NCBI GenBank assembly: GCA_031403455.1
Contig: JANNTF010000037.1
Coordinates: 1 to 27,547, forward strand
Direction of reading: 5' to 3'
Source of the DNA: Alphaproteobacteria bacterium
GTDB lineage: Bacteria; Pseudomonadota; Alphaproteobacteria; CACIAM-22H2
DNA: 27,547 nucleotides
The notes beneath the pieces are model-generated. The model saw only the letters and a list, made by a program, of their open reading frames with translations, searched no databases and was not told the origin of the DNA. The stretch's first letter is position 1, and each line of letters starts with the position of its first letter. Made by a program: the position numbers and the translations under genes. Positions 18,000 through 27,547 of this stretch are shown here, in pieces.

Positions 18000-18085
18000 G
18001 TGTTTCTCCGGAAAGGGGCGGACAAGCGATGCGCATTGGCGCGGCGCCCCGTCAGTGGGTGAGGGGTGAGCGCGGGGCGCGCGCG

Positions 18086-18967
18086 TCAAAGCAGGCCGGC
18101 GTCGAGCAGGGCCTGCCCGACCACCGCTTGCCCTGCGGGCGTGAGCGGCGTGATCGGCAGGCGCAGGGCAGGGCCGCACAGGCCGAGCTCGGCCATCGCC
18201 CACTTGGTGGGCGCGGGGCTCGGTTCGACGAACAAATGGGTGTGCAGCGGCATCAGTTTCAGGTGAATTGCTGCCGCTTCGCTGGCGCGGCCGGCCATCG
18301 CCGCCACGCACAGCTCGTGCATCAATTTCGGCGCCACGTTGGCCGTGACACTCACGTTGCCGTGGCCACCCAGCAGCATCAGCGCAACGGCCGAGCCGTC
18401 GTCGCCCGAATAGACCGAGAAGCCGGCCGGCGCGCGCTTGATCAGCCACGAGGCGCGGTCGATTTCGCCGGTGGCTTCTTTCACGCCGACGATCCCCGGC
18501 ACCTGCGCCAGACGCAGCGTGGTCTCGATCTGCATATCGGCCACCGTGCGGCCGGGCACGTTGTACAGCATCATAGGGATGTCGACCGCCTCGGCGATTG
18601 CCCTGAAGTGGCTGTAGATGCCTTCCTGCGACGGCTTGTTGTAGTAGGGCACGACCGACAGGGTGCAGTCGGCGCCGACCTTCAGCGCGTAGCGCGAGAG
18701 CTCGATCGCCTCGGCGGTCGAATTGCCGCCCGCGCCGGCCATGATCGGCACCCGCCCTTTGGCGTGCTCGACGGCCACGCGGATGATTTCACAGTGCTCC
18801 TCGACCGACACGGTCGGCGACTCACCTGTCGTGCCGACCACGCCGACGCAGTCGGTGCCCTCGGTCACGTGCCAGTCGATCAGGCGGCGCAGGCCGGGGT
18901 AGTCGATGCTGCCATCTTCCAGCATCGGCGTGACGAGCGCCACGATGCTGCCGTTGATAACTTTCAT
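18086..18967 (-). CDS. dapA: 4-hydroxy-tetrahydrodipicolinate synthase
   Basis: [55 protein letters not shown]; canonical dapA-bamC linkage. Confidence 0.96.
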   Translation of the reverse strand: MKVINGSIVALVTPMLEDGSIDYPGLRRLIDWHVTEGTDCVGVVGTTGESPTVSVEEHCEIIRVAVEHAKGRVPIMAGAGGNSTAEAIELSRYALKVGADCTLSVVPYYNKPSQEGIYSHFRAIAEAVDIPMMLYNVPGRTVADMQIETTLRLAQVPGIVGVKEATGEIDRASWLIKRAPAGFSVYSGDDGSAVALMLLGGHGNVSVTANVAPKLMHELCVAAMAGRASEAAAIHLKLMPLHTHLFVEPSPAPTKWAMAELGLCGPALRLPITPLTPAGQAVVGQALLDAGLL

Positions 18968-18989
18968 GCGGGTTCCTCAGAATCCCGAG

Positions 18990-18995
18990 ATTTTA
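18990..18995 (-). promoter_or_regulatory. Candidate -10 (TAAAAT) for dapA-bamC
   Basis: Minus strand GGTAAAAT, about 22 nt upstream of the dapA ATG, followed by SD GAGGA. Confidence 0.45.
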
Positions 18996-19020
18996 CCTGC
19001 CCGAGCAGGCCCGGCTGGCC

Positions 19021-19572
19021 CTAGAGCCGGTAGCGCGCCGGTGCGGCCCCGCCGGCGGGTTCGCGCACGGCGACCAGCCGTTGCACGAAGCGCTCGGGGC
19101 CGCTCGCGAAACCTTCTTCGAACGCCACCACCCGCAGACCCTGCGCGGCCTGCAGAAGTTCACCCGGCTGCAGCAGAAACTTAGGGTTCGAGGGTTTGCC
19201 GACAGTCTCGTTGCCGGCGCTGAAGGTTTCGTAGATCAGCACGCCGCCCTCGGCCACGCTGCCGACCAGCGTCGGCAGCAGCTCGCGCCAGAGGTAGTTG
19301 GTGACCACCACCGCGTCGAAACGCCGGCCCGCCAGCGGCCACGGGCCCGATTCGATGTCGGCCAGCACCGCTTCGGCGATGCCTCGCGACAGCGCCAGCG
19401 CCGCTTCATCACGGTCGACGCCTGTGACTCGACAACCGCGCTGCGCAAACCAGCGCAGATGCCGGCCCGAGCCGCAGGCCACGTCAAGCACAGTAGCGCC
19501 CTGTGCCACGAGGTGCGCCCAGCGTTGCACCCACACCGATGCGGCGCCACCGCCGTGTGGCAAATTCGGCAT
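19021..19572 (-). CDS. Class I SAM-dependent methyltransferase
   Basis: VLDVACGSGRH (motif I), VTGVDRD, ADIE, FDAVVVTNYL, GGVLIYETF. Confidence 0.9.
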   Translation of the reverse strand: MPNLPHGGGAASVWVQRWAHLVAQGATVLDVACGSGRHLRWFAQRGCRVTGVDRDEAALALSRGIAEAVLADIESGPWPLAGRRFDAVVVTNYLWRELLPTLVGSVAEGGVLIYETFSAGNETVGKPSNPKFLLQPGELLQAAQGLRVVAFEEGFASGPERFVQRLVAVREPAGGAAPARYRL

Positions 19573-19695
19573 CTAGAAACAGCTCCAGAGTTGGTCCGCC
19601 AGCGTCATCGCGATCTCGGGTCGCAGGTAGGCGGCGAACACGAGCAGCAGCACGGCCGCCGACGCTGCCCACACGAGCGCGCGACGCAGCCTCAT
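19573..19695 (-). CDS. 40-aa small membrane protein
   Basis: MRLRRALVWAASAAVLLLVFAAYLRPEIAMTLADQLWSCF. Its ATG overlaps the MFS stop (ATGA) and its TAG abuts the methyltransferase ATG. Visible only as the tail of the spurious ORF 19573..21576. Confidence 0.78.
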   Translation of the reverse strand: MRLRRALVWAASAAVLLLVFAAYLRPEIAMTLADQLWSCF

Positions 19696-20906
19696 GCCGG
19701 GGCAGGCTGCGCGCGCACGATCGCCTGCTCCTTGACCGGCAGGTTGATGAGCGCGGCGAAGACGCCGAGCGCCACCGCGAGCCACCACACCACGTCGTAA
19801 CTGCCGCTCATGTTGTAGAGCCTGCCGCCGAGCCAGGCGCCGAGAAAGCTGCCGACCTGGTGGCTCAGGAACACGAAGCCGCCGAGCATCGACAGGTACT
19901 TCACACCGAAGATCTGCGCGACCAGCGCGTTGGTGGGCGGCACGGTCGAGAGCCACAGCGTGCCCATCACCGCAGCGAAGACGTACACACTCCACGGCGT
20001 GAGCGGCACGTTCAGGAACACCGTGATCGCCACCGCCCGCAGCGCGTAGATCGAAGACAGGATGTACTTCTTCGGCAAACGTTCGCCGAGCGATCCGGCA
20101 GCGTACGTTCCGACCACGTTGAACAGGCCGATCAGCGCCAGCGCGGTGGTCGCCACATCCGGCGTGAGGCCATTGTCCTTGAGGTAACTCGGCATGTGCA
20201 CACCGATGAACACCACCTGGAATCCGCAGACGAAATAACCGGCCATGAGCAACAGGAAGCTCGGGTGCGAGAAGGCCTCGCGCACCGCGGCTTGCATGCT
20301 CTGCTGTGGCCCTTTCACTGCAGCGACCGCGGGTTCTTTCAGCCCGAAGGCCAGCGGCACGATCACCAGCGCTGCAAGACCCAGGATGAACAGCGCGTAT
20401 TGCCAGCCCACGCCGTTGATCAGGCCGTTTTCGACCGGCACCATCAGGAACTGGCCGAACGAGCCCGCGGCCGCCGTGACCCCCATCGCCCAGCTGCGCT
20501 TGTTGGCCGCCACGTTGCGCCCGATCACACCGTAGACGACCGCGTAGGTCGTGCCCGACTGCGCCATGCCGAGCAGCAGGCCGGCGCTGCCCATGAAGGC
20601 AAGCGCCGAGGTGGACAAGCCCATCAAGATCAGCCCCGAAGCGTAGAACAACGCGCCGACGATCAACACTTTGAACGCGCCGAAGCGGTCGGCCAAGGCA
20701 CCGGCGAACGGCCCGGCAATGCCCCACGAAAGGTTCTGGATCGCAATCGCCAGCGCAAAGGTTTCGCGCGACCAGCCGCGGTCCATCGTGACCGGCTGCA
20801 GCCACAGCCCGAAACCGTGCCGGATGCCCATCGAGAGCGTGACGATCAGGGCGCCGCAGATCAGCACCTGTTTCATCGACAGCGGGGAGTGGGTCTCGGA
20901 GGTCAC
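19692..20906 (-). CDS. MFS transporter (12 TM)
   Basis: MGIRHGFGL, GALADRFG motif A, GYFVCGFQVVFIGVHMP, WLSTVPPT, SHQVGSFLGAWLGG. Start is GTG 20906 or the downstream ATG (MKQVL). Confidence 0.92.
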   Translation of the reverse strand: MTSETHSPLSMKQVLICGALIVTLSMGIRHGFGLWLQPVTMDRGWSRETFALAIAIQNLSWGIAGPFAGALADRFGAFKVLIVGALFYASGLILMGLSTSALAFMGSAGLLLGMAQSGTTYAVVYGVIGRNVAANKRSWAMGVTAAAGSFGQFLMVPVENGLINGVGWQYALFILGLAALVIVPLAFGLKEPAVAAVKGPQQSMQAAVREAFSHPSFLLLMAGYFVCGFQVVFIGVHMPSYLKDNGLTPDVATTALALIGLFNVVGTYAAGSLGERLPKKYILSSIYALRAVAITVFLNVPLTPWSVYVFAAVMGTLWLSTVPPTNALVAQIFGVKYLSMLGGFVFLSHQVGSFLGAWLGGRLYNMSGSYDVVWWLAVALGVFAALINLPVKEQAIVRAQPAPA

Positions 20907-20942
20907 CAGGGACTGTAGCCAATCGCCGCCTTGTCTGCAGTG

Positions 20943-23646
<2,704 letters not shown>

Positions 23647-23656
23647 GGCGGCAACA

Positions 23657-24187
23657 GTGACAGCGACTGCGGTGCGCTTGCGCCCGACGATGACCTCCGA
23701 CCTCGACTTCGTGAACTCGGTCGAGCAGGACGCAGCCAACCGCCCGTTCATCACACCCTGGGAGCGCACTCAGCACGAAGGTGCGATCCGCTTCCCCGAC
23801 TTTCGCCACTTCATCGTCGAGGCCGGTGCAGGTTACCCGTCGGCCGGTTTCGTGATCCTGCAGGGCTGCCGCAACCCGCACCGTTCGGTCGAACTGAAAC
23901 GCATCGTGCTGTTGCCCGCTGCGCAGGCGCAGGGTGTCGGCCGCGCCTGCATTCGCCTGCTGGCACAGATGGCCTTCCGCGATCTCGGCGCGCACCGCTT
24001 CTGGCTCGACGTGAAAGCGCTCAACGTGCGCGCGCAGGCCTTGTACCGCGCCGAAGGTTTCATCGAAGAGGGCCGGCTGCGCGAGAGCGTGCGCACCGAC
24101 AGCGGCTACGACTCGCTGATCGTGATGGCCATGCTGGAGCACGAACATGCGGCCCTGCTGCAGCAGCGGCTCCAGGGTGCGGCATGA
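23657..24187 (+). CDS. GNAT family N-acetyltransferase (SpeG/RimJ-like)
   Basis: ELKRIV...QAQGVGR (acetyl-CoA motif A), N.RAQALYRAEGFIEEGRLRE. GTG start chosen because GAGG lies 8 nt upstream. Confidence 0.87.
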   Translation: MTATAVRLRPTMTSDLDFVNSVEQDAANRPFITPWERTQHEGAIRFPDFRHFIVEAGAGYPSAGFVILQGCRNPHRSVELKRIVLLPAAQAQGVGRACIRLLAQMAFRDLGAHRFWLDVKALNVRAQALYRAEGFIEEGRLRESVRTDSGYDSLIVMAMLEHEHAALLQQRLQGAA

Positions 24188-24211
24188 TGGCAAAAACAAG
24201 GAGACAAGAGC

Positions 24212-25825
24212 ATGCACGCCACGATGATGAATGTGCCGCTGTCGCTGAACCATTTGCTGGACCGCGCCGGGCACCTCTTTCCTGACAACCAGGTCGTCTC
24301 GCGGCTGCCCGACAAGACGCTGCGCACGCACAGCTACGCGCAGATCCACCGCCGCGCGCGCGAGCTCGCGTCGGCGCTGCAGAAGCTCGGTTTGAAGAAA
24401 GGCGAGCGTGTCGCCACCCTGAGCTGGAACCACCACGCGCACCTAGAGTGTTACTTCGGCATCCCGGCCGCGGGCGGCGTGATGCACACGCTGAACCTGC
24501 GCCTGTCGCCCGACGAGATCGGCTGGATCGCGGGCGACGCGCAAGACCGTTTTCTCATCGTCGACGACGTGCTGTTGCCACTCTACAAGCAGTTCGCACA
24601 CCTGCACAAATTCGAACGTGTGATCGTGTTCCCGTTCTCCGGCGCGCCGGTTGCGGCCGAATTCGACAACTACGAAACGCTGCTCGACAACGCGGCGCCC
24701 GATACGTTCACGTACGCCGCGCACGACGAGAACGACCCGGTCGCCATGTGCTACACCTCGGGCACGACCGGCCGGCCGAAAGGCGTGGTCTATTCGCACC
24801 GTTCGACGGTGCTGCACACGCTGGTCGGCTGCCTCGGCGAGAACTGGAGCCTGCGCACGAGCGACGTGCTGCTGCCGGTCACGCCGATGTTCCACGCCAA
24901 CTGCTGGGGTCTGCCCTATGGCGCGGTGATGATGGGCGCGAAGCTCGTGTTCCCGGGCCCGCACCTGCACCCCGACGACCTGCTCGACCTGATCAAGCTC
25001 GAGCCGCCGACGCTGTCGGTCGGTGTGCCGACGATCTGGCTCGGCCTGATCCAGCGCTTCGAACGCGCGCTCACCGAGGAGCCCGGGCGCTGGCAGTTGC
25101 CGAGCGGCATGCGCTCGATGGTTGGCGGTGCGGCTGTGCCTGAATCCCTGATCCGCGCTTTCGACCGCCACGGCGTGTGGCTCGCGCAAGGCTGGGGCAT
25201 GACCGAAACCTCGCCGCTCGCCACGGTCTCGCCGAAGATCGAAAACGCCGGCGACGACGAACGTTTCCGCCGCGCCGCAATGGCCGGCATGCCGGTGCCG
25301 CTGGTCGACGTGCGCATCCGCGCAGACGACGGCAGCGACGCGCCGCACGACGGCACCAGCATGGGCGAGATCCAGGTGCGCGGCCCGTTCATCACCGGCT
25401 CGTACCACGAGGTGCCGGTCAGCGCCGACAAGTTCACCGCCGACGGCTGGCTGCGCACCGGCGACGTGGCGACGATGGACGCGCTGGGCTTTGTTCGCAT
25501 CACCGACCGCACCAAGGACCTGATCAAGTCCGGCGGCGAGTGGATCAGCTCGGTCGACCTCGAGAACGCCTTGATGGCCCACCCGGCGGTGGCCGAAGCC
25601 GCAGTCATCGCGATCCCGGACGACAAATGGAGCGAACGACCGCTGGCCTGCATCGTCCTCAAGCCTGGCTGCCAGGCCACAGCGGTGGAGCTGAACGCCC
25701 ACCTGCTGGAGCATGGCTTCGCGAAATGGCAGTTGCCCGAGCGCTGCGAGTTCATCGATGCGGTTCCACGCACCTCGACCGGCAAGTTCTGGAAGGTGAA
25801 GCTGCGCGAGCGCTTTCCAGCATGA
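24212..25825 (+). CDS. Medium/long-chain fatty acyl-CoA ligase (AlkK/DmdB-like ANL family)
   Basis: GGAG SD; HTLNLRL, CYTSGTTGRPKGV (AMP-binding), PMFHANCWG, QGWGMTETSP, WLRTGD, DRTKDLIKSGGEWISSVDLE, PRTSTGK. Confidence 0.93.
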   Translation: MHATMMNVPLSLNHLLDRAGHLFPDNQVVSRLPDKTLRTHSYAQIHRRARELASALQKLGLKKGERVATLSWNHHAHLECYFGIPAAGGVMHTLNLRLSPDEIGWIAGDAQDRFLIVDDVLLPLYKQFAHLHKFERVIVFPFSGAPVAAEFDNYETLLDNAAPDTFTYAAHDENDPVAMCYTSGTTGRPKGVVYSHRSTVLHTLVGCLGENWSLRTSDVLLPVTPMFHANCWGLPYGAVMMGAKLVFPGPHLHPDDLLDLIKLEPPTLSVGVPTIWLGLIQRFERALTEEPGRWQLPSGMRSMVGGAAVPESLIRAFDRHGVWLAQGWGMTETSPLATVSPKIENAGDDERFRRAAMAGMPVPLVDVRIRADDGSDAPHDGTSMGEIQVRGPFITGSYHEVPVSADKFTADGWLRTGDVATMDALGFVRITDRTKDLIKSGGEWISSVDLENALMAHPAVAEAAVIAIPDDKWSERPLACIVLKPGCQATAVELNAHLLEHGFAKWQLPERCEFIDAVPRTSTGKFWKVKLRERFPA

Positions 25826-25889
25826 GCACGCCAAGGTCGCACCGAGGCTCATGTGCCCACCCGGCAGGTTCGCGCGAAGCCTGCCGGGT
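25821..25889. terminator. Tandem hairpins between convergent genes (no U-tract)
   Basis: CATGAGC...GCTCATG (25821-25853) and ACCCGGCAGG-TTCGCGCGAA-G-CCTGCCGGGT (25859-25889). Confidence 0.55.
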
Positions 25890-25905
25890 CGGGTCCGTCG
25901 AACCG

Positions 25906-26883
25906 TCAGGTGGTGGTCGTCAGCCAGACCGCGTACTTGTAGTAGAGCGGCAAACCGAACAGCAGGTTGAAGGGCAGCGTCACTCCGAGCGATGACGTGA
26001 GGTAGATGCCCGGATTCGCCTCAGGCAGCGAAGCCCGGCAGGCTGCCGGTGCGTCGATGAAGGACGCACTGGCGCAGATGGCGCCGAAGACGAAGGCCCC
26101 GCCGACACTCAGGCCGGCCCAGTGGCCCAGCGTCACGCCGACCAGTCCGTTGACGATCGGCATCAGGATGCCAAAGCCCAGCATGAACGCACCCACCTGC
26201 TTGAAGGCCCGGATCTGCCTCGCCGCAGTGATGCCCATCTCCAGCAGGAACAGCATCAGCATGCCGCGGAACAGGCCCTCGTAGAACGGCGAGATCTGGC
26301 CCCACTGCTTGTCGGTGGCGAGGTAGCCGATGGTCATGCCACCCATCAGCAGAAGGATGCCACGGCCGCGGATCACGCTGAGGAAGAGTTCGGACGCGCG
26401 CACGCCGCCGCTCTGCCGGCCCATCGCGATGCGCGCGATCACCAGCGCGTAGATGACGCCGAACTCCATCAGCGCCACCATCGCCGCCATATAGCCCTCG
26501 CTCGGCGTGTTCATGGCACCGGCGAACGTGACCGAAGCGAAGAAGGTCGCCGTCGAGACCGAGCCATAGTGGGCAGCGATGGCCGCGGCGTTCGAGATAT
26601 CGAACTTGCCCAGGCGCCGGGTGACGAAGTAGGCCACCGTCGGGATCGCGAACGTCATCAGCAGCGTCACGCCGATCAGCGGCAGCACGGTGCCCATCTC
26701 CGCCTTGGCCAGCTCGCGGCCTCCCGTCATGCCCAGCGAGAACAGCAGGTAGATCGCCAGCAGCTTGATCACCGCCTCTGGCAGTTCGAGTTCGCTCTTC
26801 ACGAAGCCGGCAATCGCGCCCAACAAAAAGGCGAGCACGATGGGTTGCAGCAGGTTGGTCTGCAGCAGGTCGAGTCCTTGCAT
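25906..26883 (-). CDS. Sodium-dependent bicarbonate transport family permease (SbtA-like, Sbt_1/DUF897)
   Basis: P.VLAFLLG....KSELELP, YLLFSLG..GG.EL, AAIAAHYGSVS..TF, FLLEMG..A, SASFID.PAACR.SLPEANPGIYLTSSLGVTLPFN; two inverted 5-TM halves. Confidence 0.88.
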   Translation of the reverse strand: MQGLDLLQTNLLQPIVLAFLLGAIAGFVKSELELPEAVIKLLAIYLLFSLGMTGGRELAKAEMGTVLPLIGVTLLMTFAIPTVAYFVTRRLGKFDISNAAAIAAHYGSVSTATFFASVTFAGAMNTPSEGYMAAMVALMEFGVIYALVIARIAMGRQSGGVRASELFLSVIRGRGILLLMGGMTIGYLATDKQWGQISPFYEGLFRGMLMLFLLEMGITAARQIRAFKQVGAFMLGFGILMPIVNGLVGVTLGHWAGLSVGGAFVFGAICASASFIDAPAACRASLPEANPGIYLTSSLGVTLPFNLLFGLPLYYKYAVWLTTTT

Positions 26884-26952
26884 GATGGTGTGTCCCTGGG
26901 TCGTTGTTGAGTACCCGCGCCAGCGGCTTCATCGAGTGCAGGCGCAGGAAGA

Positions 26953-27060
26953 TCAGGCGATGGCAGGCTCGCCGCCGGTGGCGGCCAGCAGGTACAGAAG
27001 AGGGGCAGCGCACAAGAGCGCGGTGCGCAGCTGGGGCATGTCGGCAAGCATCGATTCCAT
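26953..27060 (-). other. 35-codon hydrophobic ORF (leader peptide or gene remnant) upstream of the SbtA-like gene
   Basis: ATG 27060, MESMLADMPQLRTALLCAAPLLYLLAATGGEPAIA*, GAGG 8-12 nt upstream, first ORF position of the operon divergent from LysR. Confidence 0.4.
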
Positions 27061-27099
27061 GTGGGAGCCCTCGGTTGGTTCAGCTGGACGCGACTGTGC

Positions 27100-27168
27100 C
27101 GGGGCTTTATCATTCCGTAAAATTCATAGTTCTTCACGTTTCGTTCACTTAAACAGATTTCATGCTTC
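27100..27168. promoter_or_regulatory. AT-rich divergent promoter/operator region between LysR and its target
   Basis: Sharp AT-rich island in otherwise high-GC DNA; repeated GTTC/GAAC half-sites (GTTCTTCACGTT, GTTCACTTAAACAGAT). Confidence 0.5.
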
Positions 27169-27547
27169 ATGTCGCGACTGAACTACCACCACCTGCACTA
27201 CTTCTGGGCCGTGGCACGCGAGGGTCATCTCACGCGAGCGGCAAACCAGCTGCACGTCTCGCAATCGGCCCTGTCGGCCCAGATCAAGCAGCTGGAAGAC
27301 CAGCTCGGCCAGCTGCTCTTCAACCGCCAGGGCCGCGCGCTGCAGCTCACCGAGGCGGGGCGTGTGGCACTAGCCTATGCCGACACCATCTTCTCGACCG
27401 GTAACGAGCTGGTGGCCACGCTGCGCGACGGGCAGCGACTGGAGCGCCAGGTGCTGCGCATCGGCGCGGTGTCGACGCTGTCGCGCAACTTCCAGGAGAA
27501 CTTCGTCGCGCCGCTGCTGCAGCGGCCCGAAGTCGAACAGGTGCTGC
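27169..27547 (+). CDS. LysR-family transcriptional regulator, NhaR-like (truncated at the window end)
   Basis: Not in the ORF track; hand translation MSRLNYHHLHYFWAVAREGHLTRAANQLHVSQSALSAQIKQLEDQLGQLLFNRQGRALQLTEAG...LRIGAVSTLSRNFQENF. Confidence 0.93.
   Translation, partial: MSRLNYHHLHYFWAVAREGHLTRAANQLHVSQSALSAQIKQLEDQLGQLLFNRQGRALQLTEAGRVALAYADTIFSTGNELVATLRDGQRLERQVLRIGAVSTLSRNFQENFVAPLLQRPEVEQVL

Noticed and set aside
18040-18085. GC-rich stem between dapA and bamC
   Set aside because: About 8-bp stem with a long loop in very GC-rich DNA; expected by chance and no U-tract.
16851-18449. 532-aa N-terminally extended BamC
   Set aside because: The extension overlaps dapA; the signal peptide and SD point to the TTG at 17999.
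15933-19024. Plus-strand ORFs 15933..17498 and 17945..19024
   Set aside because: Shadows of the MBL, bamC and dapA genes.

Overview
High-GC bacterial window with two compositionally and taxonomically different halves. The left half (1 to about 12.2 kb) looks alphaproteobacterial. It holds a minus-strand operon of a divergent DHDPS-fold enzyme plus dppBCDF (dppF truncated, no dppA in the window), divergent from an mdtABC RND efflux operon. The right half (about 12.2 kb to end) has a Burkholderiales-type (Rubrivivax/Piscinibacter-like) housekeeping gene order: SlyD-like FKBP, RoxA/YcfD JmjC oxygenase, a hypothetical protein, an Ala-rich lipoprotein with LEA-like repeats, a membrane protein, an MBL hydrolase, bamC, dapA, a SAM methyltransferase, a 40-aa small protein, an MFS transporter, an internally deleted aldo/keto reductase, parE, a GNAT, an acyl-CoA ligase, an SbtA-like permease and a divergent NhaR-like LysR (truncated). 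The most notable signals are an apparent chimeric junction inside the 3' end of mdtC, a LysR/SbtA-like inorganic-carbon module with a possible gene remnant between the two genes, a DHDPS paralog with altered active-site motifs, an AKR with two in-frame deletions, and several leaderless-type promoters. I saw no rRNA, tRNA, CRISPR array, transposase or integrase. All family assignments come from motif recognition by eye, not from database searches.
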